From the NCBI RefSeq assembly GCF_009914755.1, contig NC_060934.1: 64,000 nt of DNA. One strand, written 5' to 3'. The position numbers were made by a program, and so were the translations under genes. A model generated the notes under the pieces. The model was given only the letters and a program-made list of their open reading frames with translations, was not told where the DNA came from and made no database searches. Each line of letters starts with the position of its first letter. The stretch's first letter is position 1. Shown here piece after piece: positions 39,560 through 54,400 of the stretch. Origin of the DNA: the human T2T-CHM13v2.0 reference genome, Homo sapiens.

Positions 39560-41455
39560 CTGTGTGAGAGATTCTTTTCCCCCTACCACTTCACAATACT
39601 TGCTATGATTTTTTTTATTTCTTTACTTCTTTCTCTTCTCCATTTCCTTTGCACTCTCACTGCTAATTAGCAGTGTCTTGTATCTCCTTTGCATTTCTTT
39701 GATTGTAAGAAAGTGAATATTTTCTCATTTTTTTATATTAATATATTTTTCTTTGAGAGATTTTCCTCTTAGTGCTATTTAATCTATTTGATCGTAACTA
39801 TATGATTGATTTCTAATCAATTTAAAATAATTCAACATCAAGATTGTTGTTCATAGGTTTAATCAATAAATTTGATATCCAAATTTTTATTTTGCATATA
39901 CCTCATTAACTGTTTAAAAGTTTATATTAAGTATGGTTAAATATGTGTATTCTTCACTTTATCCTGTTTTTCATTTACGCTCAAAATTTCTCCCTTTACC
40001 TCAAAATAATAGCAATGTTTGTTCATACTTTTTTGGTTCTTACATGGTTACCCAGTGCATTCCCATGGTGACTCTTAATAGTATCTAACAACATTGATTA
40101 GTTTTTGAAATGTATGTAAATCCTATTGTATATACTCCTTTATACCATGACTCTTTTGCTCAAACTTATGTTTTTGATATTCTTCTCATTGATGTAAAGT
40201 AGTATTCTACATATGTATATATCATAAATTATTCATCTATTCTATTATTGCCAATTTCTGTTATTACAAATAGTGCCACTATAAACATCATGTATATGTA
40301 CTTTGGTAAACATATGTTTGCATGCTGTCAGATATATCCCTAGCAGTGGAAATGTTGATCTTGGTGTGTGCGTATATTCAGCCTTTGTAGATACTGTCAA
40401 GCAATTTCTGAAGTGATTGACAACTGCTGATGCTACATGTTCTCAACAATATTTAATGTTAGTCATTTTATCTTAGACATTTTGTCATTGTGGTCTTAAT
40501 TTGTATTTCTATGATAACTAATGAGGTTGTGTATCTTTCTATATGTTTATCAGCTATGTTGATAACCTCTTTTGTGAAGTGCCTCTAAATCTCTTGCCTT
40601 TTTTTCTCCATCTGGTTGACTATTTTTTAAAAAATTGATTTGCTGGTGTTCTTCATGTATTTTGGATAATAGTCTTTTGTCAGAAATTTGTACTGCAAAT
40701 ATAACCTTTAGAAAAATAATAAATTTGTTGTTAGATTTTTTTCTCAAGTATTGTATTGATAATGCTATTTTAAAGTGGGACCATTTCTTAAATTTATTTT
40801 CTATTCGTGGATTGTTACATGGAAATAAAATTGATTTCTTATGTTGACCTTTTATCCAGCTATCTTGTGAATTCACTTAGTAAGTCCTAAGTCCTAAGTA
40901 AAGATTCTTTTGAATGTTGTTCATTCCATTTATGTCATCAGCAAATAATGACAGCCTTATTTCTTCCCTTTGATGGCCTCTACCATTTGTTTTCTGTTTT
41001 ATGACACTAGGAAGGAATGGTACTGTGCTGTTAGCAAAGGATGTTAAAGTAGAGGAAAGGTTCTCAACATGTGTTAGCAAAGGATGTTAAAGTAGAGGAA
41101 AGGTTCTCAACATGTTTTACTTAAATTGCTCTTTATCGAATCAGTGAATTTCTCTTCTAATCCTAGCTTACTCAGAGTTTTTATAATGAATAGATGCTGT
41201 GATGATCATATGTTTTCTATTTTGTCTTGTTACTATAGCAAATGTTATGATTAATTTTTAAGAAATTAAGCTAATATTTCATTTCTGGAAGAAACACAAT
41301 TCAATGTGGTATCTCTTTTAAAATTATCCTGGATTTGATAACATTTTCTTTAGGAAATTTTTATTCAAATTTATGAGATATTGGATTATAACTTTCTTAC
41401 AATGCCCTTGTCATATATTGGTAATAAAGTTTTGGACTCATAAAATATGTTGGAA
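39560..41455 (-). mobile_element. Ancient L1M fragments
   Basis: ORF2 remnants EEIRLSLFADD (40877-41080) and SDKRLLSKIHEE (40550-40876). Confidence 0.6.
41029..41115. repeat. Perfect 43-bp tandem duplication
   Basis: tgttagcaaaggatgttaaagtagaggaaaggttctcaacatg at 41029 and 41072. Confidence 0.95.
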
Positions 41456-41457
41456 AG

Positions 41458-41922
41458 TATAGTAGGTTCAATGGTGACCGCCAAAATATATGTCTGTGGA
41501 CTACCCCTTCAGAACTGTGAATATGAATGACCTTAGTTGAGGATGTTTTGACAATGCAATTAAGTTAAGGATCATAAAATGCAGTCATTCTGGATTTAGT
41601 GTGGGCCCTAAATCCAGTGATAGCTTTCCTTACAAGAGAAAGGCAGAGGGAGAATGGAGACACAGAAAAAGGTAAGAAGTCCACATATGGACCCATGTGA
41701 GGCAGAGATTTTAGTTACCTGTGACAGATCAAGGAAATCCTATAGTCTAAGGTTGAACAAAGCAAGGTAGGATTCTCTTTTACAGACTTCAAAGGGAGCA
41801 TGGCCCTGCTGGCACCTTAGTTTTGGACTTATGGCCTCCACAACTGTGAAAGAAGAGATTTGAATTGTTTTAAGCCATCAATTTGTCATCTTTTGTTACA
41901 GCAGCCCTAGGAAACTAACAGA
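41458..41922 (+). mobile_element. MLT1C-like MaLR LTR
   Basis: gtgggccctaaatccagtga...gggagcatggccctgctggcacctt...ttgttacagcagccctaggaaactaa. Confidence 0.8.
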
Positions 41923-42064
41923 GGAAATAATCCCTCTGTTCCTACATCTGGAGTTTATATAAGATTGGTCACTATTTTTTCCTTAAATGTTTAGGAGAAT
42001 TCATTCATGAAACCAACTGAGCTGGATGATTAATTTACAGAAATCATTTTAATTAAAAATCTAT

Positions 42065-42369
42065 TTCTTTCTTCTTTCTTTTTTTTTTTTTTTTTTTGAT
42101 GGAATCTCACTCTGTCACCCAGGCTGGAGTTTAGTGGTGTGATCTCGGCTTACTACAACCTCTGACTCCCGGGTTCAAGTGATTCCCCTTCTCAGCCTCC
42201 CAAATAGCTGGGACCACAGGCGCGTGCCACCACACCCATCTAATTTTTTGCATTTTTAGTAGAGACGGGGTTTCACCGTGTTAGCCAGGATGGTCTCCTG
42301 ACCTAGTGATCTGCCCACCTCTGCCTCCCAAAGTGCTGGGATTACAGGCGTGAACCACTGTGCCCAGCC
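42065..42369 (-). mobile_element. Alu (AluSc-like)
   Basis: Poly-T; tttcaccgtgttagccaggatggtctc. Confidence 0.92.
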
Positions 42370-42524
42370 AAAATTCTTTGTCTTTAAAAGATATAAGAAA
42401 CTGCAAATTTGTATATAATTTTGAAGGAATTTTAGTGAGTTGCACTTTTGCAGGAAAATTTCATCTAAATATTCAAATTTATTGCACAAATGTTCATAAT
42501 ATCCTCTATTACGTTTTATCTATT

Positions 42525-43205
42525 AAACTTTTTATTTTGAAATCATTGAAGATTCACATGCAGTTGTAAGAAAAATACAGAGGAATCCATGTATGTACCC
42601 TTTAACATTCCCCCAAAGGCAAAATCTTCCAAAACTATAATACAATATCAGAACCAAGATATTGGTATTATAAAGTCAAGATACAAAACATTTCCATCAC
42701 TAAAAGTATCCCTTATCTTGCCCTTTTAAATCTACATTTACTTCCCTTCTAGCTCCACCCTTGCCTTAAAACCTAGAAGCCATTAATCTATTCTTCATTT
42801 CTATAATTTTGTCATTATACTTTGTAGTATGGGTGTACTACAGTTTGCTTAAACATTCACCCATTGAAGGACAGCTGGGTTGTTTCCAATTTTTGACCTT
42901 TATGAGTAAGGCTTCTGTAAACATTGATGTACAAGTTTTTGTATAAAGACAAGTTTTCCATTTCCTAAAATAAGTGACCAGGAGTAAAACTGCTGGGTCA
43001 TATAGTAAATGTATGCTTATTTTTTTGTAAGAAGCTGCTAAACTCTTCTGCAGAGTGACTAAGCTGTTTTATATTCCTACCAGCAATGCATGAGTTATCC
43101 AGTTTCTTTACCAGCACTTGATGTCACTAGTTTTTAGTTTGGCCATTCTGATGTGTATGGTGATAGCTCATTGTGGTCTTAAGTGTAATTTCTTTAATAC
43201 CTAGT
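42525..43205 (-). mobile_element. L1MC/MD-type 3' region
   Basis: gattcacatgcagttgtaag...cattcacccattgaaggacagctgggttgtttcc...ggccattctgat. Confidence 0.65.
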
Positions 43206-45381
43206 GACACTATTCCAAAAGATAGAAAAAGAGGGAAAACCCCCTAAATCATTATATCAAGCCAGTATCACCCTAATACCAAAACCTGGAAAGGACATAA
43301 TGAAGAAAACTACAGACCAATATACCTGATGAACATAGATGCAAAAATCCTCCACAAAATACTAGCCAAACAAATCTAGCAGCATATTAAAAAGATAATC
43401 CATCATTATATTATAATAAAGAAAGGTCATCAAAATCATAAAAAGGAAGTCAAACTGTCGCTGTTTGCTGAGTACATAATCATATACCTAGAAAATCCTA
43501 AAGACTCATCCAAACAGCTCCTAGAAATGGTAAATAAATTCAGTAGTTTCAGGATGCAAAATTAATGTACACAAATCAGTAGCCCTGCTGTACACCACCA
43601 GCAACCAGGCTGAGAATCAAATGGAGAACTAAACCCCTTTCACAATAGCTGCAAAAAATTTAAAATACTCAGGTATCTACTTAACCGAGGAGGCGAAAGA
43701 CCTCTACAAGGCAAACTACAAAACACTGCTGAAAGAAATTATAGACAACAGAAACAAACGGAAACACAACCCTATGCTCATGTATGGGTAGAATCAATAT
43801 AGTGAAAATACCATACTGCCAAAATCAATCTACAAATTCAATGAAATTCCCATCAGAATGCCATCATCATTCTTCACAAAACTAGAAAAAACAATCCTAA
43901 TATTCATATGGAACCAAAAAAGAGCCCACATAGCCAAAGCAAGATTAAGCAAAAAGAACAAATCTGGAGGCATCACATTACCTGACTTTAAACCATACCA
44001 TAAGGTCATAATCACCAAAACAGCATGGTACTGGTATAAAAATAGGCATATAAACCAATGGAGTAGAATAGAAAACTCAGAAATAAAGCCAAATACTTTA
44101 GCCAACTCATCTTCAACAAAGCAAACAAAGACATAAAGTGTCTTTATTCAACAAATGGTGCTGGGATAATTGCCAAGTCACATGTGAAGAATGAAGCTGG
44201 ATCCTCATCTCTCACTTTATACAAAAATCAACTCAAGGTTGATCAAAGACTTAAATCTAAGACATGAAACCATAAAAATTCTAGACGATAACATTGGAAA
44301 ACCCTTCTAGACTTTGGCTTACCCAAAGACTTCCTGAGCAAGCATCCAAAAGCAAAAGCAACATAAACAAATATAAATACATGGGACTTAATTAAACTAA
44401 AAAGTTTCTGCATAGCAAAAGAAATAACCAGCAGTGTAAACAGACAACTCACAGAGTGGGAGGAAATCATAATCTATACATCCAACAAAAGACTAATATC
44501 CAGAATCTACAAGGCACTCAAACAAATCAGCAAGAAAAAAAAAAACAATTCCATTAAAAAGTGGGCTAATGACATGAATAGACAATTCTCAAAAGAAGAT
44601 ATTCAAATGGCCAACAAATGTGAAAAAATGCTCAACATCACTAATAATCAGGGAAATGAAAATCAAAACCACAATGCAATACCACCTTATTCCTCCAAGA
44701 ATTGCCATAATCAAAAAATCAAAAATAAAAGATGTTGGCATGGATGTGGTGAAAAGGGAATGCTTTTACACTGCTGGTGGGAATGTAAACTAGTACAACC
44801 ACTATGGAAAACAATGTGGCGATCCTTAAAGAACTAAAAGTAGATCTATCATTTGATCCAGCAATCTCACTACTTTGTATCTATCCAGAGTTGAAAAGAA
44901 GTTATTATACAAAAAAGATACTTGTACATGCATGTTTATAGCAGCACAATTCGCAATTGCAAAAATATGGAACCAGCCCAAATGCCCATCAATCAACAGG
45001 TGGATAAAGAAAATGTGGTATGTATATATATCATGGAATACTACTCAGCCATATAAAGAACAAAATAATGACACTTGGAGCAATGTGGATGGAACTGAAG
45101 AACATTATTCTAAGTGAAGTAACTCAAGAATGGTAACCCAAATATCATATGGTTTCACTCAGTGAGAACTAAGTTATGAGGACACAAAGGCATAAGAATG
45201 ATACAATGGACTCTGGGAACTCGGGGTAAAGGATGAGAGATGGGGTGAGGGATGAAAGATGACACATTGAGTACAGTGTACACTGCTAGGGTGACAGTTG
45301 CACCAAAATCTCAAAAATCACCACTAAAGAACTTATTCACGTAACAGAACGCCACCTGTTCCCCAAAAGCCAATTGAAATT
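43206..45381 (+). mobile_element. 5'-truncated L1PB
   Basis: ORF2 remnants ([30 protein letters not shown]) and an L1PB-type 3'UTR caccactaaagaacttattc...cacctgttccccaaaa; no A tail. Confidence 0.88.
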
Positions 45382-45389
45382 ATGTATGT

Positions 45390-45434
<45 letters not shown>

Positions 45435-46207
45435 CATATGGGATATATATATGGGATATAAATATATATATGGGATATATATATGTGATATAAATATATA
45501 TATGGGATATATATGGGATATAAATATATATGGGATATATACATATGGGATATAAATATATATATGGGATATATATGGGATATATATATGTGGGATATAT
45601 ATGGGATATATATATGGGATATATATATACATGGGATATATATATATGGGATATATATATGTGGGATATATATATATGGGATATATATATGTGGGATATA
45701 TATATATGGGATATATATATATAGGATATATATATGGGATATATATATGGGATATATATATATGGGATATATATATATGGGATATATATATATGGGATAT
45801 ATATATATATGGGATATATATATTATATATATGGGATATATATATTATATATATATGGGATATATATATATTATATATATATGGGATATATATATATTAT
45901 ATATATATGGGATATATATATATTATATATATATATGGGATATATATATATTATATATATATATGGGATATATATATATTATATATATATATGGGATATA
46001 TATATATATTTTATATATATATATGGGATATATATATATTATATATATATATGGGATATATATATTATATATATATATGGGATATATATATATTATATAT
46101 ATATATATGGGATATATATATTATATATATATATATGGGATATATATATATTATATATATATATATGGGATATATATATATTATATATATATATATGGGC
46201 CAGAGAG

Positions 46208-46259
<52 letters not shown>

Positions 46260-46290
46260 GTATATATATATATGGGATATGTATATATCC
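45382..46290. repeat. Complex VNTR: (TG)n - [GGGA(TA)n] about 40 units - (TG)n
   Basis: Read directly from the sequence. It produces the spurious Y/I-rich ORFs at 45333-46453. Confidence 0.95.
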
Positions 46291-46299
46291 CAAGAGAAA

Positions 46300-46650
46300 A
46301 AAAGTCTTTTACACATGCCCGAATTTTTGTTTACCATCTACTTTTTTTTCTTACTGTTGTTCTAAAGTGCCTTTTTTCATCATTTCCTTTGTATTTAGTG
46401 AACTTCCCTTAGCTTTCTTTTGGGGTAGGTTAGCTGTCAACGAATTATCTTAGCTGTCTTTCATCTGAGAATGTGTTGATTTTCTCTTTCTGAAACATAG
46501 AATTCTGGGTTGACGTTCTTTTCTTTCAGCTCTTAAAAAGTGTTGTGCTACCTCCTCTGGTATCTGAGGTTTCAAATGAGAAATCCATTATCATTTAAAT
46601 TGTTTTTCTGCTACAGATGAAGCATCCTTTCTCTTCTGCTGCCTTCAAGA
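46300..46650 (-). mobile_element. L1M fragment (ORF1 end / inter-ORF)
   Basis: catagaattctgggttgac...ttctttcagc...gtttcaaatgagaaatc is antisense to an old L1 ORF1. Confidence 0.6.
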
Positions 46651-46669
46651 GTCTTTTATAACAGCTCCA

Positions 46670-46878
46670 ATTCTAACCCTCCTGCCTCTCTCTTAAAGGA
46701 AACATATTATTACATTGCCTCCCTCCCCCGATAATCTGGGATAATCTTTGTATCTCAAGATTCTTAATTAATCACATCTGCAAAGTGATTTTTGCCATGA
46801 GAGGTAACATATTCATGGACCCTAGTGATTAGGACATCTTTGAGTACCTTTGAGAAGGCCATCATTCTGTCTACTACA
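46670..46878 (-). mobile_element. MLT1 LTR fragment
   Basis: ttaatcacatctgcaaagt...ggtaacatattca...attctgtctactaca. Confidence 0.7.
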
Positions 46879-47691
46879 TTTTCCAACATATGAGTTAAGC
46901 AGTTCCCAGATCCCAAAACTGAGTGGGGAATGGACCACAGAAAAATTCTTCATTGACATAAATCAAAAACGTGTTATAAAGTATTAACTAATTGTAGCCT
47001 TAACATATAAAACTTGTAATACACACTAACCAAATTGTTTTTCCCAGGCCAATAATAAAGGCTTTGGTTAAACATGCAGTAATCAATCAATATAATTCAA
47101 CATATAAAACATTAAAGAAGCAAAAAATATATGACTATCTCAATAGATTTACCAAAAAAAAGCCAAGAAAGACAAATTTTGAAACCAAGTATTTTAAAAA
47201 TTGCTGTCATTAAAAACAATCAAAAAGAACAACAAAGTATTAGTGAGAACCATATGAATTGAAGTTTCAAAGTAAGGATAGAAAAGTCAAGGATATTAAA
47301 TTAATAATCCTTGATAAAATATAAAATATAAATATAATTTTAAAAGGGTAAGAGATTTAAAGAAAGTGTGAGTACACAGTTCTCTTCTTTCATTATAATA
47401 ATTCAATATAATATAATCTAAATGTAGTAAATTAGGAAGCAAACAGTTTATTTCAAACGATTGTAATGAAAACGAGCAGAAATAAATGTATGACTGTAGA
47501 CTATAACAAGACAAGATGAGCATTTAGGGAGGGAGGATATTGAAAGATTAAGAATAAAGATTTCATGTTTTTAATTGGGAATAAACTTACACTGTCTAAA
47601 GTTAATAAATAAAGAAATGGAAGTTAGGGTCTGTGTGTGTGTGTGTGTGTGTGTGCGCACGTGCATGTGCATGCTCATGTGTACGTGCTTG

Positions 47692-48062
47692 TGTCTGTCT
47701 TTGTTCAGGCTGTTATAACAAACTACCATAGGTTGAATGGCTGATAAAGAACAAACATTTATTTTACACAGTTCTGGAGACCAAGAAGTTCAAGAACAAT
47801 GTGACGGCATACTTGGTATCTGGTCACTGTCTACTTTCTATTATATTTCATAGAATTTTATCTTCTTGCTGATTTCTCACATGGTGAAAGGGGTAGGGGA
47901 GCTCATTGGAGACTCCTTTATAACAGCATTAAACCCATTTATAAGGGCTCTGCCCTTATAACCTAATTACTTTCCAGAGGCCCTAATTCCTAATAGTATC
48001 ATATTCAAGGTTAGGATTTCAATATGTGAATTTGGTCAGGGATCAAGCATTCAGTTTATAGT
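47692..48062 (-). mobile_element. MLT1A-like MaLR LTR, preceded by (TG)n at 47632-47655
   Basis: ttcaggctgttataacaaactaccatag...cacagttctggagaccaagaagttcaag...ggttaggatttcaatatgtgaattt. Confidence 0.75.
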
Positions 48063-48478
48063 TGTTTATGTGTATGTGAAGTATATAGCTGTAAACAAAG
48101 AAAAGAGGGAATATAAACTTTAAATACTTAGAAGAAAAACCTACATACAAAAAAAAATAAGGAAACTCAAGTGACATCACAAAATATAGGTGAAAAAATG
48201 TACCTAAACGGAGAAAAAAATGTACCTAAACATAACAAAACAAACAAATTAAAATGATAAAAATAAGATCAAACATATTTTCTTCATAATAAAAAGTAAA
48301 ACTTGTGAAAGAAAACAACACTCAGATCCTGCTAAAATATACCAAGCATATCTGAAACAAAATAACTCATGAATGTTATAAAAGAATTCAATGAACAAAG
48401 ACAGAGCATGTATTTGCAAACAAAAAGTAAGGAAAAGTTATGATATAAAAATCAAGTTAAAAAAAGCATTTGAGCCAT

Positions 48479-51400
48479 AGGGTGAACCCAGGATGGCCGA
48501 CTAAAAGCAGCCGTGATCAGAGGCTCCCACGGAAAAAAAGCATAATAACCATGTGAATCCTTCATCGGCAACCAAGGTATCCACGTTCTCTCATCAAACT
48601 GGCTGACAGGCTGACATAACCCATGGGGAGAAGGAAGAGCAGTGTGGTGCTCTAGCCCACCTGCAAGCCACACAGAGAAGGGGAACACTCCCCACCACCC
48701 CCAGGCAAGGAGGCAGTGAGTGAGCACACTACTCAGCTGGGGAAAATGTGCTTTTTCCACAGAGCTGTGCAACCCATGGATTGGGAGATCCCACTAGAGA
48801 ACCCAGGCCACCAGGGCATAGCATCTCAAACCTGGAACAAGCAGATTCTTACAGCCTCTCAGCTGGAATTTGCTTAAGGCTACTGAACTCCCAGGGGGAG
48901 GAGCCACCAGCACCAGCTGCAGCTGCCTGCTTCTAAGCTATTTGACCTTGGGAGAGGGGCAGCAGCTAGCCCTGGGACTTGCAACTGCCAAACACGCTTG
49001 AACCGGGGAAGGGCAGCACCCATTTCTATAGCTCCAGGCTGCAGTCTTCCTCTGCTGGAGCCAGGAAGGCTGGATGGCTGGGTCCCAAGACTTGTTCCCA
49101 CAGCCCAACATAACAGCTGTGGCAGTCTGCAGCCAGAGTCCTTTTCAGGCCGAACCCTGATCTATCCTTCCTCAGTGCATGGGGCTTCCCCGTAGGATCT
49201 CCAATAACAACAGCCAGAGGCTCAGGGACAAAATTCAGATCTCCCTGGGCCTGAGCCCCTAGCAGGAGATGTGGCTGCAGTGCCTGCGGACCAGCAAACC
49301 TAGCCTCTCCTCCTGGTAGTTCTGAGAAATCTGGGCAGCCCAGACAAGAGGGTTCCCCCTAGTGAAACACACCCTCTCCACGAAGGGACAAAGTACTTCA
49401 CTGAACGGGTCATGCTTCCCATGCCACCCAATTGGGTGAGATGCTCCAACAGGGGTTGTCAGATACCCTATACAGGAGTGATCCTACTACTATCAGTTTG
49501 GTGCTCCTCAATATCAGAGGTCCCAGAAGAAGGAGCAGGTATCCAGCTTTGCTGCTCTCCAGCCTCCTTGAGTGATATCTCTTGGAACAGGAAGGAATAG
49601 GACTTGAAGTGAACCCCCAGAAAACTGCAGCAGCCATACAGAAGAGGGACCTGACCGTCGAAAGAAGAACAAACAAGCAGAAAGCGACAACAACAGCATC
49701 AAATAAAACAACAACAAAAGAGCACCCACAAGAACCCTATCCAAGGGTCAGCAGCCTCAAAGACCAAAACTAGACAAACTCACGAAAACGAGAAAGAATC
49801 AATGAAAAAATGCTGAAACCCAAAATTCCAGAGTGCCCCTTCTCCTCCAAATGATTGCAACATCTCTCCATCAAGGACACAGAACTGGACGGAGAATCAA
49901 ATGGACAAACTGACAGAAGTAGGCTCCAGAAGATGGGTAATAAAAAACTACAATGAGCTAAAGGAGCATGTTCTAACCCAATGCAAAGAAGCTAAGAACC
50001 TTGATAAAAGGCTAGAGGAATTGCTAACTGGAACAACCAGTTAAGAAAGGAACGTAAACGACCTGATGGAGCTGAAAACCACAGCATGAGAACTTCATGA
50101 AGCATACAAAGTATCAACAGCCAAATCAACTAAGCAGGAAAATGGATGTTAGAGTTTGAAGACCACCTTACTGAAATAAGACTTGCAGGCAAGAATAGAG
50201 AAAAAAGAATGAAAAGGAATGAACAAAACCTCCAGGAAGTATGAGACTGCATAAAAAGAAAGAACCTACAATTAATTGGAGTACCAGAAGGAGATGGGGA
50301 GAATGGAAACAAGCTGGAAAACACACTTAAAGATATTATCCAGGAGGACTTCCCCAACCTAGCAAGACAGGCCAACATGCAAATTCAGGAAATACAGAGA
50401 ACATTAAGATACTCCATGAGATGACCAACCCCAAGACACATAATCATCAGATTCTCCAAGGTCAAAATAAAAGAAACACTGTAAAGAGCAGCCAGAGAGA
50501 AAGGCCAGGTCACCTACAAAAGGAAGCCCATCAGACTAACAGTGGACCTCTCAGCAGAAACTCTACAAGTCAGAAGAGATTGGGGGCAAATATCCAACAT
50601 TATTAAATAAAAGAATTTTCAACTCAGAATTTCATATACAGCCAAACTAAGTTTCATAAGCGAAGGAGAAACCAAATTCTTTCCAGATAAGCAAAGGATG
50701 AGGAATTCCATTACAACCAGGCCTGCCCTGCAAGAGCTCCTGAAAGAGCACTAAATATAGAAAGGAAAAACTGGTACCAGCCACTACAAAACATGCCAAA
50801 ATATAAAGACAAATGACACTATGAAGAAATCACATCAACTAGTGTGCAAAATAACCAAATAGCAGCATGACGACAGGATCAAATTCACACATAACAATAC
50901 TAACCTTAAATGTAAATGAACTAAATGCCCCATTAAAAGACACAGACTGGCAAATTGGATAAGGACTCAAGACCTGTAAGTGTGCTGTTTACAGGAGACC
51001 CAACTTACATGCAAAGACACACACAGGCTCAAAATAAAGGGATGGAGGAAAGTTTACCAAGCAAATGGAAAGAAAGAAAAAAAAAAAGCAGGGTTGCAAT
51101 CATAGTCTCTGAAAAAACAGGCTTTAAGCCAACAAAACTCAAAAAAAGACAAAGAAGGTCATTACATAATGGTAAAAAGAACAATTCAGCAAGAAGAGCT
51201 AACTTTCCAAATATGCATGCATCCAATACAGGAGCACCTAGATTCACACAACAAGTTCTTAGAGACCTACAAAGAGACTTAGACTCCCACACAAAATAGT
51301 AGCAGACTTTAACACTCTGCTGTCAGTATTAGACAGATCAAAGGGACAGAAAATTAACAAAGAGATTCAGGACTTTAACCCAGCTCTTGATCAAGCAGAC

Positions 51401-54400
51401 CTAGTAGACATCTACAGAACTCTCCACCCCAAATCAACAAAATACACATTCTTCTCACTGCCACATGGCACTTATTCTAAAATCAACCACGTAACTGGAG
51501 GTAAAGCAATCCTCAGCAAATTCAAAAGAACTGAAATCATAACAAACAGTCTCTCAGAAGGCAGTGCAATCAAATTAGAACTCAGGATTTATAAACTCAT
51601 TCAAAACCACACAATTTCATGGAAACTGAACAACCTGCTCCTGAATGACTCCTTGGTAAATAATGAAATTAAAGCAGAAATCAAGAATTTTTTTAAACCA
51701 ATGAGAACAAAGAGACAACCTACCAAAATCTCTGGGACACAGCTAAAGCAGTGTTAAGAGGGAAATTTATAGCAGTAAAATGCCCACATGAGAAAGCTAG
51801 AAAGATCTCAAATTGACACTCTAACATTACGATTAAAAGAGCTAGAGAGGTAAGAAGACAAGAAATAACTTAGATCAGAGAAGAATTGAAGGAGATAGAG
51901 ACACAAAAACCCCTCCAAAAAATCAACAAACCCAGGTACACGTTTTTTGAAAAAATTAACAAAATAGACAGACCGCTAGCTAGACTAATAAGGAAGACAA
52001 GAGTGAAGAATCAAATAGTCATGATAAAAAACAAGAAAGGGGATATCTCCACTGACCCCACAGAAATACAAATTACCATGAGAGAATATTATAAACACCT
52101 CTACACAAATAAACTAGAAAATCTAAAAAAAAAAAATGTATAAATTCCTAGATGCATATACCCTCCCAAGACTAAACCAGGAAGAAGTCAAATCACTGAA
52201 TAGACCAATAGTAACAAGGTCTAAAATTGAGGCAGTAATTAATAGCCTACCAACCTAAAAAAAACTCTGGAGATGGATTCATAGTTGATTTCTACCAGAA
52301 ATACAAAGATGAGCTGGTACCATTCTTTCTGAAACTATTTTTAAAAAATGAAAAAGAGGGAATTTTCCCTAACTCATTTTATGAAGCCAGCATCATCTTG
52401 ATACCAAAACCGGGAAGAGACGCAACAAAAAAAGAAAACTTCAGGTCAGTATCCCTGATGAACATCAAAATGAAAATCCTCAAGAAAATACTAGCAAACC
52501 AAATCCAGGAGCACATCAAAAAATTTATCCACCAAGGTCCACTCGGCTTCATCCTTGGGATGCAAAGCTGGTTCAACATGCGCAAATCAACTCAAACGGA
52601 AACAAAGACATAAAAAGAACCAAATCACATAACAGAACCAAAGACAAAAACCACAGGATTATCTCATAGATGCAGAAAAGGCCTTTGAAAAAATGCAACA
52701 TCTTTTTATGTTAAAAACTCTCAAGAAACTAGGTATTGATGGAACATATCTCAAAATAATAAGCTACTTATGACAAATCCAAAGCCAATATCATATTGAA
52801 TGGGCAAAAGCTGGAAGCATTCCCTTTGAAAACCAGTACAAGACAAGGATGCCCTCTCTCAAGGCTTCTATTCAACATATTATTGAAAGTTCTGCCCAGG
52901 GCAATCAGGCAAGAGAAAGAAATAAAGTGTATTTGCATATTAAGAGCGGAAGTCAAGTTGTCTCTGTTTGCAGATGACATGATTTTATATTTAGAAAAGC
53001 CCATCATCTCAGCCCAAAAGTTTCTTGAACTGATAAGCAACTTCAGCAAAGTCTCAGGATACAAAATCAATGTACAGAAATCACAATCACTCCTTTACAC
53101 TAACAATAGGCAAGCAGAGAGTCAAATTATAAGTGAACTCCCATTCAGGATTGCTACAAAGAGAATAAAATACCTAGGAATCCAGCTAACAAGGGATGTG
53201 AAGGACCTCTTCAAGAGAACTACAAACCACTGCTCAAGGAAATAAGAGAGAACAGAAACAAATGGAAAATAATTCCATCCTCATGGATAGGAAGAATCCA
53301 TATAGTGAAACTGGCCATACTGCCCAAAGTAATCTATAGATTCAATGTTATTCCCATCAAACTACCATTGACATTCTCCACAGAATTAGAAAAAATTATT
53401 TTAAATCTCTTATGGAATCAAAGAAGACCTCATATAGCCAAGACAATCCTAAGCAAAAAGAACAAAGCTGGAGGAATCATGCTACTTGACTTCAAACTAT
53501 TCTATAATGCTACAGTAACCAAAACAGCATGGTAATGGTACCAAATCAGACATATAGACCAATGGAACAGAACAGAGACCTCGGAAATAACACCACACAT
53601 CTACAACCATCTGATCTTCGACAAACCTGACAAAAGCAAGTGATGGGGAAAGGATCTCTATTCAGGAAATGTTGCTGGAAAAACTGGCCAGCTGAATGCA
53701 GAAAACAAACTGGACCCCTTCCTTACAGCTTATACAAAAATTAACTCAAAATGGATTAAAGACTTAAATGTAAAACCTCAAACCATAAAAACCCTAGAAG
53801 AAAACCTAGGCAATATCATTCAGGACATAGGCATGGGCAAAGACTTCATGACGAAAATGCCAAAAGCAATTGCAACAAAACCCAAAATTGACAAATGGGA
53901 TCTAATTAAACTAAAGAGCTTCTGCATAGCAATGAAACTATCATCAGCATGAACAGGCAACCTACAGAATGGGGGAAATTTTTGCAATCTGTCCAGCTGA
54001 CAAATGTCTAATATTCCGAATTTACAAGGAACTTAAACATATTTGCAAGAAAAAAAACAAACAACTCCATCAAAAAGTGAGCAAAGGATATGAAAAGTCA
54101 CTACTCAAAAGAAGACATTTACGTGGCCAACAAACATACGTGAAAAAAGGCTCAATATCACTGATCATCAGAGAAATGCAAATGAAAACCACAATGAGGT
54201 ACCATCTCACACAAGTTAGAATGGTGATTATTAAAAAGTCGGGAAACTTTATATGCTGGTGAGGCTGTGGAGAAATAGGAATGCTTTTTCACTGTTGGTG
54301 GGAATGTAAATTAGTTCAACCATTGTGTGAGAGAGTATGGCAATTCCTCAAGGATCTAGAACCAGAAATAACCATTTGACCCAGCAATCCCATTACTGGG

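Noticed and set aside
45430-46200. Regularly spaced repeat suggesting a CRISPR-like array
   Set aside because: No unique spacers, simple-sequence units, primate context.
45333-46453. Long ORFs of 239-299 aa rich in Y/I/G/W
   Set aside because: Translations of the stop-poor GGGA(TA)n VNTR in several frames on both strands; not a gene.
48192-48231. Short direct repeats (also near 12892, 32267 and 36903)
   Set aside because: Ordinary slippage duplications within old repeats.
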